NCBI GenBank assembly: GCA_963806225.1
Contig: CAWDXG010000004.1
Location: forward strand, 4,448,001-4,512,000
Reading direction: 5' to 3'
Source of the DNA: an uncultured delta proteobacterium
GTDB taxonomy: Bacteria > Myxococcota_A > Polyangia > Polyangiales > Polyangiaceae
Length of the DNA stretch: 64,000 bases
The first letter of the stretch is position 1; every line of letters starts with the position of its first letter. Positions 8,317 through 19,082 of the stretch are shown here, one piece after another. The position numbers and the translations under genes were made by a program. The notes under the pieces are model-generated. The model was not told where the DNA came from, did no database searches, and saw nothing but the letters and a program-made list of their open reading frames with translations.

Positions 8317-11300
8317 CTAGCGAGTCGAAAAACGACCGCAGCTGATGGTTCCGCGACTATCGAAGATGCAGACGCGGTTGTCGACGAGGCGCACCTTGCT
8401 GGCTTTGCGCAGCGTGTCGATCGCGGTGGGCGCCACCAGGTGCACTTCGCTCTGGCCGTAGCCGGCAAGCCGCCCCCAGCACAGCACCTCGCCCTTCTTG
8501 TTCACCGCGCAGGTCGCTCTGCCGGCAGCCGAGATCGACTGCACGTTGGCAAGCCCGCGCACCGGCCCGGGTCGGTCTGCCTGCAAGCCGGTGCCATTGC
8601 CGAGCTGGTCTGCGGCGTTGTCGCCCCAGCAGAGCACGGTGCCCGTGCGGCGGAGCGCGCAGCTGTGGTCGTCGCCGACGGCGATCGCCTCGGCGTCGCT
8701 GATCCCGGGCACTGCTGCGGGCGTGCTGCTGCTGCGACCGGTACCGAGCTGCCCTCTGGAGTTGTCACCCCAGCACAGCACGTGGCCGCTCGTTGCGAGC
8801 GCGCAGGCATGGTGGATGCCGAGCCCGATGTCGAGGATGCGTCCGGTCACCGCCAGCGGCGCGGGCGCCTGGTGCCGGATCGTGCTGCCGAGCGAGCCCC
8901 AGCAGGTGGCGCCGCCCCGGGAGTCGAGGGCGCAGCCGTACACCAGCCCGAGCCTGACGCGCACCGCATCGGTCACGCCCGGTACGGGCAGGAGCGATGT
9001 GCCGTGCTGCGATGCCCGACGCTTGAGGGGAAGGCCCATCAGCGTCCGCGAGCCCAGTCCCCAGCACAGCACCTTGTGCGCGGACGTGACCCCGCAGCTC
9101 GTGCCATGCGCGCGGTCGATCGACAGCAGCCTGGGCAGCTTCGGTAGCGTCTCGCCCGCGGACTGCAGCACCCCGCCCGACAGGAACGCGACGTGCTCGA
9201 CGCTCCGACCTTCCGTGAGGTCGGCGAGCGAATGGGCGCCAAGCGATATCTCGACCTCCGGCTTCAGTGGTCCGGGCCGCGGCGCCTTGGTCGTGTCCCA
9301 CACGAGCACGCTGGTGTCGCGCCCCGCCGAGGCGAGCCAGCGTCCGTCGGGAGAGAACGCCAGCGCTTCCACGTCCGCGGAGTGTCCACGGAACACGCCG
9401 CGCAGCTTGCGCGTCCCGAGCTCCCACAGCTGCACGTCGGTGCCGGCGGCGGTCGCCAGCAGCTTGCCGTCCGGCGAGACCGCGATCGCGCTGCAGCAGC
9501 CGCCGAGCGCAAAACGCCGCGTCGCCCGCCGCGCCTTGATGTCCCACGTCACCGCACCATTCGACTTGCCGGCCGCCACCAGCGTATCCGCCCCGGCGAA
9601 GCGGAGCGCCGCCGAGTAGCGTTCGAGGCCCGGCAGGACCACGGCCCGCTGCAGCGTGGCGACGTTGCGCAGCTCGGCTCGCTCGGTCCGGTGACCGCGA
9701 TCGTAGCGATAGCTGTGCACGGCCACGTGCTCGCCGTCGGGGGACGCCGCCAGTGCAGTCACGTTCCCGGCAGCTGTGGAAGCGAGAAGCTCTCCATCCG
9801 CAGCAAGGTGGAAGAGCGTGCGATTGCCCGGGAGTCGTCGTCGTTTCCCGGACCTGGCGTACCCGGAGTAGCCCTTGTGGGTGGCGGCGAGCAGCGTCCC
9901 GTCCGGAGCGAACGCCAACGCGGTCGCGCGACGCGAGCTGTCGATGCGGACGAGTTTCTTCTGCGCTGTCGAGACTATCTTGACGTCGCTTGTCCCGATC
10001 GCCAGCTGCTTTCCGCTGTGCGAAGCCGCCAGCTGCACGCCCGAGCCGAGGTGCAACCTGTCCTCCGCGTTCGAGCCAAGCGGCGTCCCCGTGCGCGGAT
10101 CCCACAGCCGGAGTAGATTGCCCGCGGACGCGAGCAGCCGCCCGCCGTCCAGGAAGGCGAGAGCCGTCACGGGCGAGAGGTGACCGGAGGGCACGTCGTA
10201 GTGCTTGCCGTGCACGATTGCCGCTCGAGCCTTCATGCTGAGCAGCAACCGCCCGTCCGGCGAGAACGCCTGGGGTCGCCCGCTCCGCTGCAGCTCCTCG
10301 ACCCTGCCGCTCGCCAGGTCGAGTACGAAGACGCGCGCGCCGTACGTGTACGCCAGACGGCTGTCGTCCGGGGCCGGCAGGAGCCGTGCCGCGGTCCACC
10401 CGAGCGACAGTGCGAAGCCGGGTGTCTTGGCCGTGTCGAGGCGGACAAGCTGTCTCGATGAGCCGTGAGCGATATCGATTGCGTCCAGGCTATTCTGGTT
10501 GATGCAAAAGAGCCGGCTGCCGTCGTACGACAGCGCGACGTCCACGAAGTCGAAGGGCTTCTTCTTCGTGCCGAGCTTGCGGAGCCTGCGCCCGCTCTTC
10601 AGATCGATGATCTCGAGCGTGCCGCGGGACCGCCTGCTGCCGAGTATCCCCAGGAGCCCGTGACCCTTCGGTAGCTTGCGCGCGGCGACGCGCGAACCGT
10701 TGCCGCTGTATGCTTCGACGAGGTAGCCGGCGAGCTTCCGCTTGAACAGGAGACGCGGGCCGTCGAGGGAGACGCTGAACACCGTTTCGTCTGCGACGGC
10801 CCAGGCGCGCTTGCCGCGCAGGCCGACGTGAAGCCGGCCGAGCCGAACCGGATACAACACCTTGCGCTTGCCGATCGAGCTCCTGCGCTTCGGGAGAGTG
10901 ATGTCGACGCGCCCCAGCTCCTTTCCCTCTGCGCTCGACACGACGATCGCGTCGTGTCCCTTCTTCTTCCCCTGCACGATCGCCACCAGCCGGGTGCCGT
11001 CGGTCGACAGCCGGGCCGCGCGCACGCCCGACAGCCGGCGGACGACCGAGCCTCTCTCGACGTCGCGCAGCAATAGATCGTTGCGGACGCTCTCCAGCGA
11101 GCGGATGTGGCCGCTGTTGTCGATGGCAGAGTCGCGAGGAGTCGTGAGGAACCGCATGCGTGTGGTGCCGCAGCGCGAGCGTGCGCCGGGCGGCAACGGC
11201 GCTAGCGGATCGACGAGCGGCGGAGGAGCCGGCTCGGCGGATGCAGCGGCGGACGCCACGGGTAGAGCCGCCGACGCCGATGTCGATGGCGATGCCGACG

Positions 11301-11400
11301 CTGGAGCGGGCCGAGCGGGCGGTGGCGGACGAGGGGGCGCGGCCGCTGGCCCGGCACACGCCGAGAGCACACACACCACCACCGCCAGCCACCGGCGCAT
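8317..11400 (-). CDS. WD40-repeat + RCC1-repeat lipoprotein
   Basis: Lipobox LSAC. WD40 repeats (GHSADVEALAFSPDGRWLASAGRDTSVLVWD). C-terminal RCC1 repeats (HACAL..SGHVLCWGDNSRGQLG). Confidence 0.85.
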   Translation of the reverse strand: MRRWLAVVVCVLSACAGPAAAPPRPPPPARPAPASASPSTSASAALPVASAAASAEPAPPPLVDPLAPLPPGARSRCGTTRMRFLTTPRDSAIDNSGHIRSLESVRNDLLLRDVERGSVVRRLSGVRAARLSTDGTRLVAIVQGKKKGHDAIVVSSAEGKELGRVDITLPKRRSSIGKRKVLYPVRLGRLHVGLRGKRAWAVADETVFSVSLDGPRLLFKRKLAGYLVEAYSGNGSRVAARKLPKGHGLLGILGSRRSRGTLEIIDLKSGRRLRKLGTKKKPFDFVDVALSYDGSRLFCINQNSLDAIDIAHGSSRQLVRLDTAKTPGFALSLGWTAARLLPAPDDSRLAYTYGARVFVLDLASGRVEELQRSGRPQAFSPDGRLLLSMKARAAIVHGKHYDVPSGHLSPVTALAFLDGGRLLASAGNLLRLWDPRTGTPLGSNAEDRLHLGSGVQLAASHSGKQLAIGTSDVKIVSTAQKKLVRIDSSRRATALAFAPDGTLLAATHKGYSGYARSGKRRRLPGNRTLFHLAADGELLASTAAGNVTALAASPDGEHVAVHSYRYDRGHRTERAELRNVATLQRAVVLPGLERYSAALRFAGADTLVAAGKSNGAVTWDIKARRATRRFALGGCCSAIAVSPDGKLLATAAGTDVQLWELGTRKLRGVFRGHSADVEALAFSPDGRWLASAGRDTSVLVWDTTKAPRPGPLKPEVEISLGAHSLADLTEGRSVEHVAFLSGGVLQSAGETLPKLPRLLSIDRAHGTSCGVTSAHKVLCWGLGSRTLMGLPLKRRASQHGTSLLPVPGVTDAVRVRLGLVYGCALDSRGGATCWGSLGSTIRHQAPAPLAVTGRILDIGLGIHHACALATSGHVLCWGDNSRGQLGTGRSSSTPAAVPGISDAEAIAVGDDHSCALRRTGTVLCWGDNAADQLGNGTGLQADRPGPVRGLANVQSISAAGRATCAVNKKGEVLCWGRLAGYGQSEVHLVAPTAIDTLRKASKVRLVDNRVCIFDSRGTISCGRFSTR

Positions 11401-11491
11401 GGGTCGGAACTTGCCCGGCGCGCGCACGCTGTCAACCGGTGCGGTGGCGGGCGTCACACTGATCAGCTAGCGTGACCGCCCCGGAGGAGTT

Positions 11492-12332
11492 GTGCGGCGA
11501 TTCTATCTCGTGTCTGCTGGGTGTGTGCGGCGTCGTCGCGGGCTGTGCTGCCAACCCGCCGCCGCCGCCGGAGAGCCCGGTGGTCGAGGTGCCGCAAGCC
11601 AAGGCGGAGAGCGGCGGTGACGAAGCCCCGGACGCGACGGGAGGGCAGAAGCACGCAGCGACGCAGCCGCCAGAGCGCGCTCCAGCGCCGAAGCGGAGCC
11701 CGCCGCGTGCCGACAAGCCGCCCGCCCCGCGTGCTCCGGAGCCGCGGGCGGTGGTGGCCCGGCGTGTGCTGGCCGAGCTGCACCAGGCCCAGCTCGACGA
11801 CGAGCGGGAGCAGGCCGAGCGCCGCAAGAAGCTCGAGAAGGCGCTCTCGAACAGCCGGATCCTCGGACAGCTGCAAGGGTCCGCGTCCGGTGCTGCCGTC
11901 TACCGCGGCGGCGGGTTCGGGGGGCTCGGAACCAGGGGCGGCGTTGGTGTCGGCGTCGTGGGGCACGGTAGCGGGCGCGCCGGGGGCGGAGGCGTCGTCG
12001 GCGGGATGCTCGGCAAGCTCACCGCGAACCGTAGCCAGACATTGACGTTGTTCAGCGGGCCGCTCTCGCGCACCCGGGTGCGCTTGGCACTGCGCTACAG
12101 CTACGCCGTCGAGCTCTGCCAGCGCACGGGCAACGCCTGGGCCACGGTCGAGCTCGTCATCGACAAGGGTGCCGTGACCCGCTCGCGCGTCATCGCGAGC
12201 TCACCGAAGAGCAGCACGTTCCAGAAGTGCGTCCGCGTTCACCTCGGCCGCTTGCACTTCAACTCCAGGCCCAAGCGCACCGTCGTGCGCGCCACACTGC
12301 ACGTCACGCGTCCGTCGTGGCGCAGGCCGTAG
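11492..12332 (+). CDS. Hypothetical lipoprotein with a TonB/AgmX-PglI-like C-terminal domain; possible +1 frameshift in the signal peptide
   Basis: Lipobox VAGC, Pro-rich linker, Gly-rich segment, two-Cys C-terminal domain. GGAGG RBS precedes GTG 11492 (MRRFY...), which is one base out of frame with the main ORF (11472..12332). Confidence 0.55.
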
Positions 12333-12333
12333 G

Positions 12334-15300
12334 CTAGCCGACGACCCCCCGCACCGCCTCGAACACCGCCTTCACATTCCCGAGCGCTTCCCAGCCGGAA
12401 ATCCCCAGCGCGTCGTCGACGTACTCCGGCTGGCGCATGCCGACGAGCACCGTGGTCACGCCTGGCACGCTTGTCAGCGACCAGAGCGCCTTGCGTGACA
12501 GCGTCTCGCCGCGTTGTTGCTCCGGCAGCAGCGGATCGATCGCGTGGACGATGCGGGCGGTGCGGGCCCGGCTCTTCTCCGCGGCTTTCCCGCGCAAGGC
12601 GCCGAGGAGCTTGTCGAGCTCGGGCAGGTAGCGCACGCGAAAATCGCGGAACTGCTCGGCTAGCTCGCCCTTGAGCGCCTGGTCGAGCATCGAAAGCGCG
12701 TGGCCGACGCGCGGGGCGATCACCTGCCGCTCGATGTCGCGCCACTGTTCCAGGCTCTCGATGCGGGCGGGGAGCTTGGCGAGCTGATCGCCCCAGTTGA
12801 ACAGGCTCGACGCGGGGGCGCTGCCCTTGGCGGTCTGCAGATGCGGGGCGATGTTGCGGCGGAATTCCTGCTCCAGGCTCTGCACGCGCGACAGCTGCGC
12901 GTCGAAAGGCGGCGCGCCCTCGATGCCCGGCGCATCCGCGAGGCGCAGGAGGCCGTCGCCGACGATGGCATTGAGCGGGCGGTTGACGAGCACGGCGATG
13001 CCCGCGTCGCGGGCGAGCTCCAGCACGGTCTTGTCGTCGTTGTTCTGTTCGAACAGCGCGCCGCTTTCCACCAGGTTCATGGGCAGTTGCAGCACGCGGA
13101 AGTGGTGCTGCTCTCCGCCGGCCGCGCGGGCCGCGGCGAGCATGCGCGAGAGCGAGGTAGCTTCGCGATCGTCGGCCGGGCGCGTGCAGGTGTTGCTGGA
13201 AACGCCAAAGAAGCGGATGCGGCCGCGCTCCACTTCCTTCTCGAAATGCGCGAACGCCTGTTCCAGTCGCCGGTAGAACTCGTCGCGGATCTTCGACAGC
13301 GGTCCCTCGCCGCGACGCACGGCGTCGGCGAGGAAGTACTCCGGGTTGTGCACCAGGCACACGTCGAGCGTTTCCAGCCCCAGCCGGCCGAGCGAGCGGT
13401 CGAGCTGATCGCCGAGCCATTCGGGGTGCATGCAGTGCCAGATGTCGTCGCCGACCTCGACCATCCCGGCGTACGGCTTGTTGTCGGTCCGGCGCTGCCG
13501 CGCGATGTCGAGGTTTTCGCCCTGCACGTAGCCGATCTTGGAAACCACGACGACCTCGCTGCGCGACAGTTCGCCTTTGGCGACCAGCTCGGCGAGCACC
13601 TCGCCGACAAGCCGTTCGCTGCGGCCGTCGGTGTAGTTGGTGGAGGTGTCCACGAGGTTCGCGCCGGCGCCGAACGCCTTGACCAGGGCGGCGCGGTGTT
13701 CGGGCGCGCCGTCGTCGACGCGGTAGCCGCCGAAGCCGAGGCGGCCGACGGACAGCTCCCCGAGTTTTTCAAACGCGGCTCCAGCGTGCCGCGCGGCGTA
13801 CGCCGCGGTGCCCTCTGCCGTCGCGCGTCCGGCGAGGCGCTCCCGCCCGATCTCGCTGCCGCGCTCGGCATCCGCGCGGCGGCTGCCCTCGGCGAGCGCC
13901 TCGCCGACGGCCGCGGGATCGGTGACGGGCGCCTTGCAGGTGAAGTTGCGGCACACGTAGAGCGCCGCCTTGCCGCCGACTGGTTCCTTGCCTTCACAGA
14001 GCGGCAGTCCCTTCGCGTCCTCCGCCGATGCAACGTGCCCCACGATCCGGTTCGGCAGGTAGTGCCGGCCGACCGCGGCGGCGAGCGCGTCGTAGTCGTC
14101 GCTTCCGGGAGTGCCGGCAAGCACCAGCTCCAGCGGACCTTCCAGCAGGAAGTCGACCACCGCCAGCGAAGTTGCGAAGGCCCTCGGAGCACGCTCGATG
14201 AGCCGACCGTAGGCCTGGATCGCGTCGGACGCGCGACTGCGGAAGTCCTCGCGGTCGAAGTGATGCGACAGACGCGCCAGCGCGCGCGCCGCCACGGCGT
14301 TGGCGCTCGGGATGGCGCCGTCGTTGCCTTCGCGCGTGCGCACGATGAGCTCTTCGTGTCCGTGCGCGGTGTGGAAGAACGCGCCCCCCGCGTCGTCGCC
14401 GAAGTCGGCGAGCAGTCGCTCCGCCAGCGCTTGGGCCTCCTGAAGGAAGCGCGCCGGCGCGCCGGCCTCGTACAGGCTGATCAGCGCATCGGCGAGGAAG
14501 GCGTAGTCCTCCAGGTACGCGTCGAGGTGAGCCCGCCCCTTGCGGGCTGTGCGGAACAGCCCGCCATCTGCGCGTCGCATCGAATCGAGGATGTAGCGCG
14601 CGGCACGCACGCCGGCGTCGAGATAGCGCCGCTCGCCGAGCACGCGCGCGCCCTCGGCCATGCTGGCTATCATCAGGCCGTTCCAGCTCGTGAGGATCTT
14701 GTCGTCGAGCAGCGGGTGGACGCGCTTCTCGCGCGCGGCGTAGAGCTTTTCGCGCGAGCGCGTCAGCGCGTCGGCGAGCGCGTCCTCACCGACGCCCAGG
14801 TCCTTCGCCACGTCCGCCAGGGTGCGCGGCGTGTGGGCGATGCTCTTGCCCTCCCAGTTGCCGCCCTTCGTGATGTCGTAGAAGGCGCACACGAGCCGCG
14901 CGTCGTCCGCGCCGAGCACCGCTTCCACCTCGTCGGGCTGCCAGACGAAGAACTTCCCCTCCTCGCCCTCGCTATCGGCATCGGTGGCGCTGTAGAACCC
15001 CCCTTCTGGTGCCTGCATTTCGCAGAGGACATAGTCGAGCGTCTCGGTGGCGATGCGCCGGTACTCGGCGTTGCCAGTGACCTGGAAGGCCTCGAGGTAC
15101 ACGCTGGCGAGCTGGGCGTTGTCGTACAGCATCTTCTCGAAATGCGGCACGAGCCAGCGCTCGTCGGTGGAGTAGCGCGCGAACCCTCCGCCGACGTGGT
15201 CGTACATCCCACCATTCTTCATGCCGTCGAGCGTGGTGGTGACCATGCTCAGCGCGCGCGGATCGCCGGTGCGGCGATGCTGGCGGAGCAGCAGCGACAG

Positions 15301-15948
15301 CGACGAGCAGGGCGGGAACTTCGGGGCAGCGCTGAACCCGCCGAACGCGGGGTCGAAAGCCTGGGCGAGCTGGCGCACGGCCGCCGTGGTGGCGTCGTCG
15401 GCGACGGGCAGGGGCGGCGCGGCCTTCGAGACGTCGCGGACGTGCTGTGTCAGCTCGCTGGCCTGTTGCAGCAGGGCGTCGCGGTCGTTCTTCCACAGCT
15501 CGGCAATACGCTCCAGCAGGGTCGAAAAGCCGGGACGGCCGTACTTGTCTTCCGGGGGGAAGTAGGTCCCGGCGAAGAACGGCCGCCGGTCGGGCGCGAG
15601 GAACACCGTCATGGGCCATCCGCCGCTGCCGCTTAGCGCCACCGTGGCGGTCATGTAGATGTCGTCCAGATCCGGTCGCTCCTCGCGGTCGACCTTGATG
15701 CACACGAAGTTTTTGTTCATCAGCCGCGCGATGTCGTCGTTCTCGAAGCTCTCGCGCTCCATCACGTGGCACCAGTGGCAGGCCGCATAGCCGATGCTGA
15801 GCAGGATCGGCCGGTCCTCCGTGCGGGCTCGCTCCAGCGCTTCCGGGCCCCATGGGTACCAATTCACCGGGTTGTGTGCGTGCTGCAGGAGATAGGGGCT
15901 CGTTTCCCCGGCCAGGCGGTTTTCGTGCTTTGGATCGGCTTTGCTCAT
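12334..15948 (-). CDS. YyaL/DUF255 thioredoxin-domain protein fused to an aldo/keto reductase domain
   Basis: [34 protein letters not shown] and [11 protein letters not shown] motifs. C-terminal AKR motifs GFGGYR, DTSTNY, SKIG, QLPMN. Confidence 0.9.
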   Translation of the reverse strand: MSKADPKHENRLAGETSPYLLQHAHNPVNWYPWGPEALERARTEDRPILLSIGYAACHWCHVMERESFENDDIARLMNKNFVCIKVDREERPDLDDIYMTATVALSGSGGWPMTVFLAPDRRPFFAGTYFPPEDKYGRPGFSTLLERIAELWKNDRDALLQQASELTQHVRDVSKAAPPLPVADDATTAAVRQLAQAFDPAFGGFSAAPKFPPCSSLSLLLRQHRRTGDPRALSMVTTTLDGMKNGGMYDHVGGGFARYSTDERWLVPHFEKMLYDNAQLASVYLEAFQVTGNAEYRRIATETLDYVLCEMQAPEGGFYSATDADSEGEEGKFFVWQPDEVEAVLGADDARLVCAFYDITKGGNWEGKSIAHTPRTLADVAKDLGVGEDALADALTRSREKLYAAREKRVHPLLDDKILTSWNGLMIASMAEGARVLGERRYLDAGVRAARYILDSMRRADGGLFRTARKGRAHLDAYLEDYAFLADALISLYEAGAPARFLQEAQALAERLLADFGDDAGGAFFHTAHGHEELIVRTREGNDGAIPSANAVAARALARLSHHFDREDFRSRASDAIQAYGRLIERAPRAFATSLAVVDFLLEGPLELVLAGTPGSDDYDALAAAVGRHYLPNRIVGHVASAEDAKGLPLCEGKEPVGGKAALYVCRNFTCKAPVTDPAAVGEALAEGSRRADAERGSEIGRERLAGRATAEGTAAYAARHAGAAFEKLGELSVGRLGFGGYRVDDGAPEHRAALVKAFGAGANLVDTSTNYTDGRSERLVGEVLAELVAKGELSRSEVVVVSKIGYVQGENLDIARQRRTDNKPYAGMVEVGDDIWHCMHPEWLGDQLDRSLGRLGLETLDVCLVHNPEYFLADAVRRGEGPLSKIRDEFYRRLEQAFAHFEKEVERGRIRFFGVSSNTCTRPADDREATSLSRMLAAARAAGGEQHHFRVLQLPMNLVESGALFEQNNDDKTVLELARDAGIAVLVNRPLNAIVGDGLLRLADAPGIEGAPPFDAQLSRVQSLEQEFRRNIAPHLQTAKGSAPASSLFNWGDQLAKLPARIESLEQWRDIERQVIAPRVGHALSMLDQALKGELAEQFRDFRVRYLPELDKLLGALRGKAAEKSRARTARIVHAIDPLLPEQQRGETLSRKALWSLTSVPGVTTVLVGMRQPEYVDDALGISGWEALGNVKAVFEAVRGVVG

Positions 15949-16033
15949 CGCACTGGTCCCGTAGGGCGCCCGGAGGAGCGGCGCAAGGTCGGGCCTCGTT
16001 CGCAGCCCCCCGCGCGCCGGCCAGCGGTGTACG

Positions 16034-16639
16034 ATGCCGGCCGTGGAGGCGACCGACGAGGAGCTGATGAGCGCCTACGTGGCGGGCGACTCGGCCGCTT
16101 TCCATAAGCTGTTCGAGCGCTACGCGCCCGTGCTGCTGCGCGTGATGATGCGACAGCTCCGCTCACCGACCGACGCACAGGATCTGGTGCAGCAGACCTT
16201 TTTGCAGCTGCACCGCGCGCGCTTCGACTTCAAGCAGGGAGCGAAGCTCCGGCCGTGGCTGTTCACGATCGCGTTCAACCTCAAGCGCGAGCACTTCCGT
16301 CGCAAGAAGCGCCGGCCCGAGTCGCCGCTGGAGCTGGACGGACGCGCCGACCCCGCCGTCGCTCCGCGCGGGCAGGAGCAGAGCGACGCCCGGCGGGCGC
16401 TGGTGGCCGCACTGGAGAAGCTGCCGGAGGACCAGCGCGAGGTGATCGCGCTGCACTGGTTCGAGGGCTTCTCGTTCCCGGAGGTGAGCCAGCTGGTGGG
16501 CGCCAGCGTGAGCGCTGTCAAGGTGCGAGCGCACCGCGGGTACGTGACGCTGCGGCAGCTTCTCGGCGACAAGCTTCCCGGTAACCCGGAAGGCGGTTCC
16601 GGCATATCCCAAGGAGGGCAGAACCTTGGAATGCCGTGA
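16034..16639 (+). CDS. ECF RNA polymerase sigma factor
   Basis: Region 2 (AQDLVQQTF...WLFTIA) and region 4 (LPEDQRE...[10 protein letters not shown]). Confidence 0.9.
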   Translation: MPAVEATDEELMSAYVAGDSAAFHKLFERYAPVLLRVMMRQLRSPTDAQDLVQQTFLQLHRARFDFKQGAKLRPWLFTIAFNLKREHFRRKKRRPESPLELDGRADPAVAPRGQEQSDARRALVAALEKLPEDQREVIALHWFEGFSFPEVSQLVGASVSAVKVRAHRGYVTLRQLLGDKLPGNPEGGSGISQGGQNLGMP

Positions 16640-17474
16640 GATCCGTGACGCACTCGTGCAGGGGCAAGCGCCCCTGGGCGCGGACGTCGATGCGCATCTC
16701 GCCGCGTGTCCCGGTTGCGCCGAGCTCCTGGTCGACGACGGGCAACTCGGCCAGGCGCTCGCGACGAGCCAGCCGCCGGAGCTGGACGCGTCCGCGCTGC
16801 TCGGCGGGGTGCTCGGCTCGATCGAGAAGGAGCGGGGCATGCGCGCCTGGCTCCGGAGCCGGAGCATGCTCGTGCGGGTGGGGCTGCCGCTGGCGGCGGT
16901 GCTGCTGGTCCTGACCTACGTCCTCCTGTTCAAGCGGCGTCCGGATGTCGGCAGCTGGTTGCCCGTCGATTTCGGCGTCGCTGTGGCCCTCTATGCGCTG
17001 CTCATCGGTGCAGCGGTCGTGCTGGAGCTGCGCCCGCTGGAGCTGCGGCCGCTGCCCGCCTGGCTCAGGCCGGTCCTGGTGACGCTTGCGCTCGCCCTGC
17101 CCGTGCTGTTCGTGTGGTTGCCGCAGGCCCACCACGCGCCGCTGGCCTATGCGCCGCCGGGCAAGAGCTTCGGGCAGCTGGCGTTCGGCTGCTTCGCCTT
17201 CGGCACTGCGCTGGCGCTGCCGGCGTTGGCGCTGCTCTGGGCTGCGGATCGCGTGGGCCACCGCAGTTTCCGGCTTGCGCTGCTGGCGGCGGCCATCGGT
17301 GGCCTGATCGGCAACCTGGTGCTCCAGTTCCACTGCCCGATCACCGACCCGGCGCATCTGCTGGTCGGGCACGCGACCATCGGCCTGGTGCTGGGCGGCG
17401 TCTACGCGGCGTGGTTGATGCTCCGGACGGCACCCCTCGGGCGGCGACAGCAAGGCGATCACCCCCAGGGGTGA
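16626..17474 (+). CDS. Membrane-bound zinc-finger anti-sigma factor (DUF1109/NrsF-like)
   Basis: TTG start after AAGGAGG. ZAS motif C...HLAACPGC, multiple TM helices, LQFHCP...HLLVGH. Confidence 0.75.
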   Translation: MECREIRDALVQGQAPLGADVDAHLAACPGCAELLVDDGQLGQALATSQPPELDASALLGGVLGSIEKERGMRAWLRSRSMLVRVGLPLAAVLLVLTYVLLFKRRPDVGSWLPVDFGVAVALYALLIGAAVVLELRPLELRPLPAWLRPVLVTLALALPVLFVWLPQAHHAPLAYAPPGKSFGQLAFGCFAFGTALALPALALLWAADRVGHRSFRLALLAAAIGGLIGNLVLQFHCPITDPAHLLVGHATIGLVLGGVYAAWLMLRTAPLGRRQQGDHPQG

Positions 17475-18674
17475 TTGACAGCCCTCGGCGGGGACGCGGA
17501 GACTCCGGAAGTGGCTGCAGCGGGCGGAGCGTCGCGCCGGAGGGTGCTCGTCGTGGACGACGAGCCCGCGGTGCTGCGCGCCTTCCGCCGCACGTTGGAG
17601 CGCGCTGGCCTCGAGGTAGACAGCGCATCGACTGGTGCGGACGCGGTCGAGCGTTTCCGGCGCGATCTTCCCGACGTGGTCGTGACCGACATCAGCATGC
17701 CGGGCATGGACGGCATCGAGCTGATCCGCGCCCTCCGCGATACCAGCCTGGATTGCCCCGTCATCCTCGTCACCGGCGTGCCTGGCGTCGACTCGGCGAT
17801 CCGCGCGATCGAATATGGGGCGTTCCGCTATCTCGTGAAGCCGGTCGACAACGCCGAGCTCGTCCAGGTTGTCGAGAAAGCTGTGCGCATCCACCGCCTG
17901 GCCTCGCTCAAGCGCCAGGCCATGGTCGAGCTTGGATCCGGCGATCGCCAGGTCGGCGATCGCGCCGGGCTCGAGACACACTTCACGCGCGCGATGGAAT
18001 CGCTGTTCATGGTCTACCAGCCGATCGTGAGCTACGCGGAGCGCTCGCTGTTCGGCTACGAGGGCTACGTCCGCTCACGCGAGCCGAAGCTGCCGCATCC
18101 GGGCGCGCTGTTCCACGCCGCCGAGCGTCTGGGGCGCGTGCAGGAGCTGGGGCGCACCATCCGGCGACTCGCTCCGGAGCCGCTGATGGGCGTGGACGAC
18201 CCTTTGCTGTTCCTGAACGTGCACCCCAGCGACCTCGACGACGACGCGCTCTACGACCGCGCGGCGCCGCTGTCCCGCATCGCCGATCGTGTATTTCTGG
18301 AAGTGACCGAGCGCGTGTCGCTGCATTCGATACCGAACGTGTCCGCGCGCATCACCTCGCTGCGCGAGCGCGGCTACCGGATCGCGCTCGACGATCTGGG
18401 TGCCGGCTACGCTGGGCTCAGCAGCTTCTCGTTGCTCGACCCCGAGATGGTCAAGCTCGACACGTCACTCGTGCGCGACATCGACAAGAGCTCGATCAAG
18501 CGCAAGCTGGTCGAAGGCATTGTCTCGGTCTGTCGCGATCTGGGCACGTTGGTGGTGGCAGAGGGCGTCGAGACACCGGCGGAACGGGACGCGTTGCTGG
18601 AACGGGGTTGCGATCTGTTCCAGGGGTTCCTCTTCGCACGACCTGGCGAGCCGTTTCCTGTCGTCAGCTGGTAG
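17475..18674 (+). CDS. Response regulator with EAL phosphodiesterase domain
   Basis: Receiver domain (VVDD, TDISMP, KP). EAL-domain motifs EGYVR, FLN, LEVTE, DDLGAGY, VKLD, AEGVE, QG. Confidence 0.9.
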   Translation: MTALGGDAETPEVAAAGGASRRRVLVVDDEPAVLRAFRRTLERAGLEVDSASTGADAVERFRRDLPDVVVTDISMPGMDGIELIRALRDTSLDCPVILVTGVPGVDSAIRAIEYGAFRYLVKPVDNAELVQVVEKAVRIHRLASLKRQAMVELGSGDRQVGDRAGLETHFTRAMESLFMVYQPIVSYAERSLFGYEGYVRSREPKLPHPGALFHAAERLGRVQELGRTIRRLAPEPLMGVDDPLLFLNVHPSDLDDDALYDRAAPLSRIADRVFLEVTERVSLHSIPNVSARITSLRERGYRIALDDLGAGYAGLSSFSLLDPEMVKLDTSLVRDIDKSSIKRKLVEGIVSVCRDLGTLVVAEGVETPAERDALLERGCDLFQGFLFARPGEPFPVVSW

Positions 18675-18725
18675 CGGCTTGCGTGCGGCGCACGCGGTGG
18701 TACGAAAACCGCAAGGAGTCAAAGC

Positions 18726-19034
18726 ATGACTCATGCAGATCGTGAAAAGCGCAATCCGCCGAGCGTAAAGCGTCATGCCCGCCGCGACGGTGCGGACGCG
18801 TTCTTCCCCGAGAGCTCGCCCCACACCGGCGACGCGCTCGCCGAGAACCTGGCCCAGGAGTACCTCGAGTCGGCAACGTCCGGAGAGGAGCGCGGCGAGG
18901 AAGCCCTGAACGAGCTGGTGTCCGAGGAGATCGGCGGGCCGTTCATCGAGACGAGCTCGGCGCTCGAGCCCGACGAGCTGGCACCGCGAACCCGGGAGCC
19001 GGGCCGGCGCGTACGGCGGCGCAAGCGCCACTGA
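18726..19034 (+). CDS. Small acidic hypothetical protein
   Basis: AGGAG RBS and a 102-aa ORF. Confidence 0.6.
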   Translation: MTHADREKRNPPSVKRHARRDGADAFFPESSPHTGDALAENLAQEYLESATSGEERGEEALNELVSEEIGGPFIETSSALEPDELAPRTREPGRRVRRRKRH

Positions 19035-19082
19035 GAGCGTTGCTATCCCGCGAACCTCTCCGCAACGGGAGTGCGGGCAGGC

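Noticed and set aside
12700..15636. Long antisense ORFs (for example 978 aa here, also 4767-6320 and 35830-38127)
   Set aside because: Shadow ORFs caused by high GC3 opposite clear genes; no recognisable motifs.
16580..16610. GTAAC...CATAT as an internal ECF promoter for the anti-sigma gene
   Set aside because: A single short match inside coding sequence; insufficient support.
17990..18674. EAL domain as degenerate (EGY instead of EAL)
   Set aside because: The metal-binding and catalytic residues (E, N, E, DD, K, E, Q) are retained, so it is probably an ordinary phosphodiesterase.
18698..18713. Sigma54-like TGGTACG-N4-CCGCA before the 18726 gene
   Set aside because: The predicted TSS would fall downstream of the RBS; likely chance.
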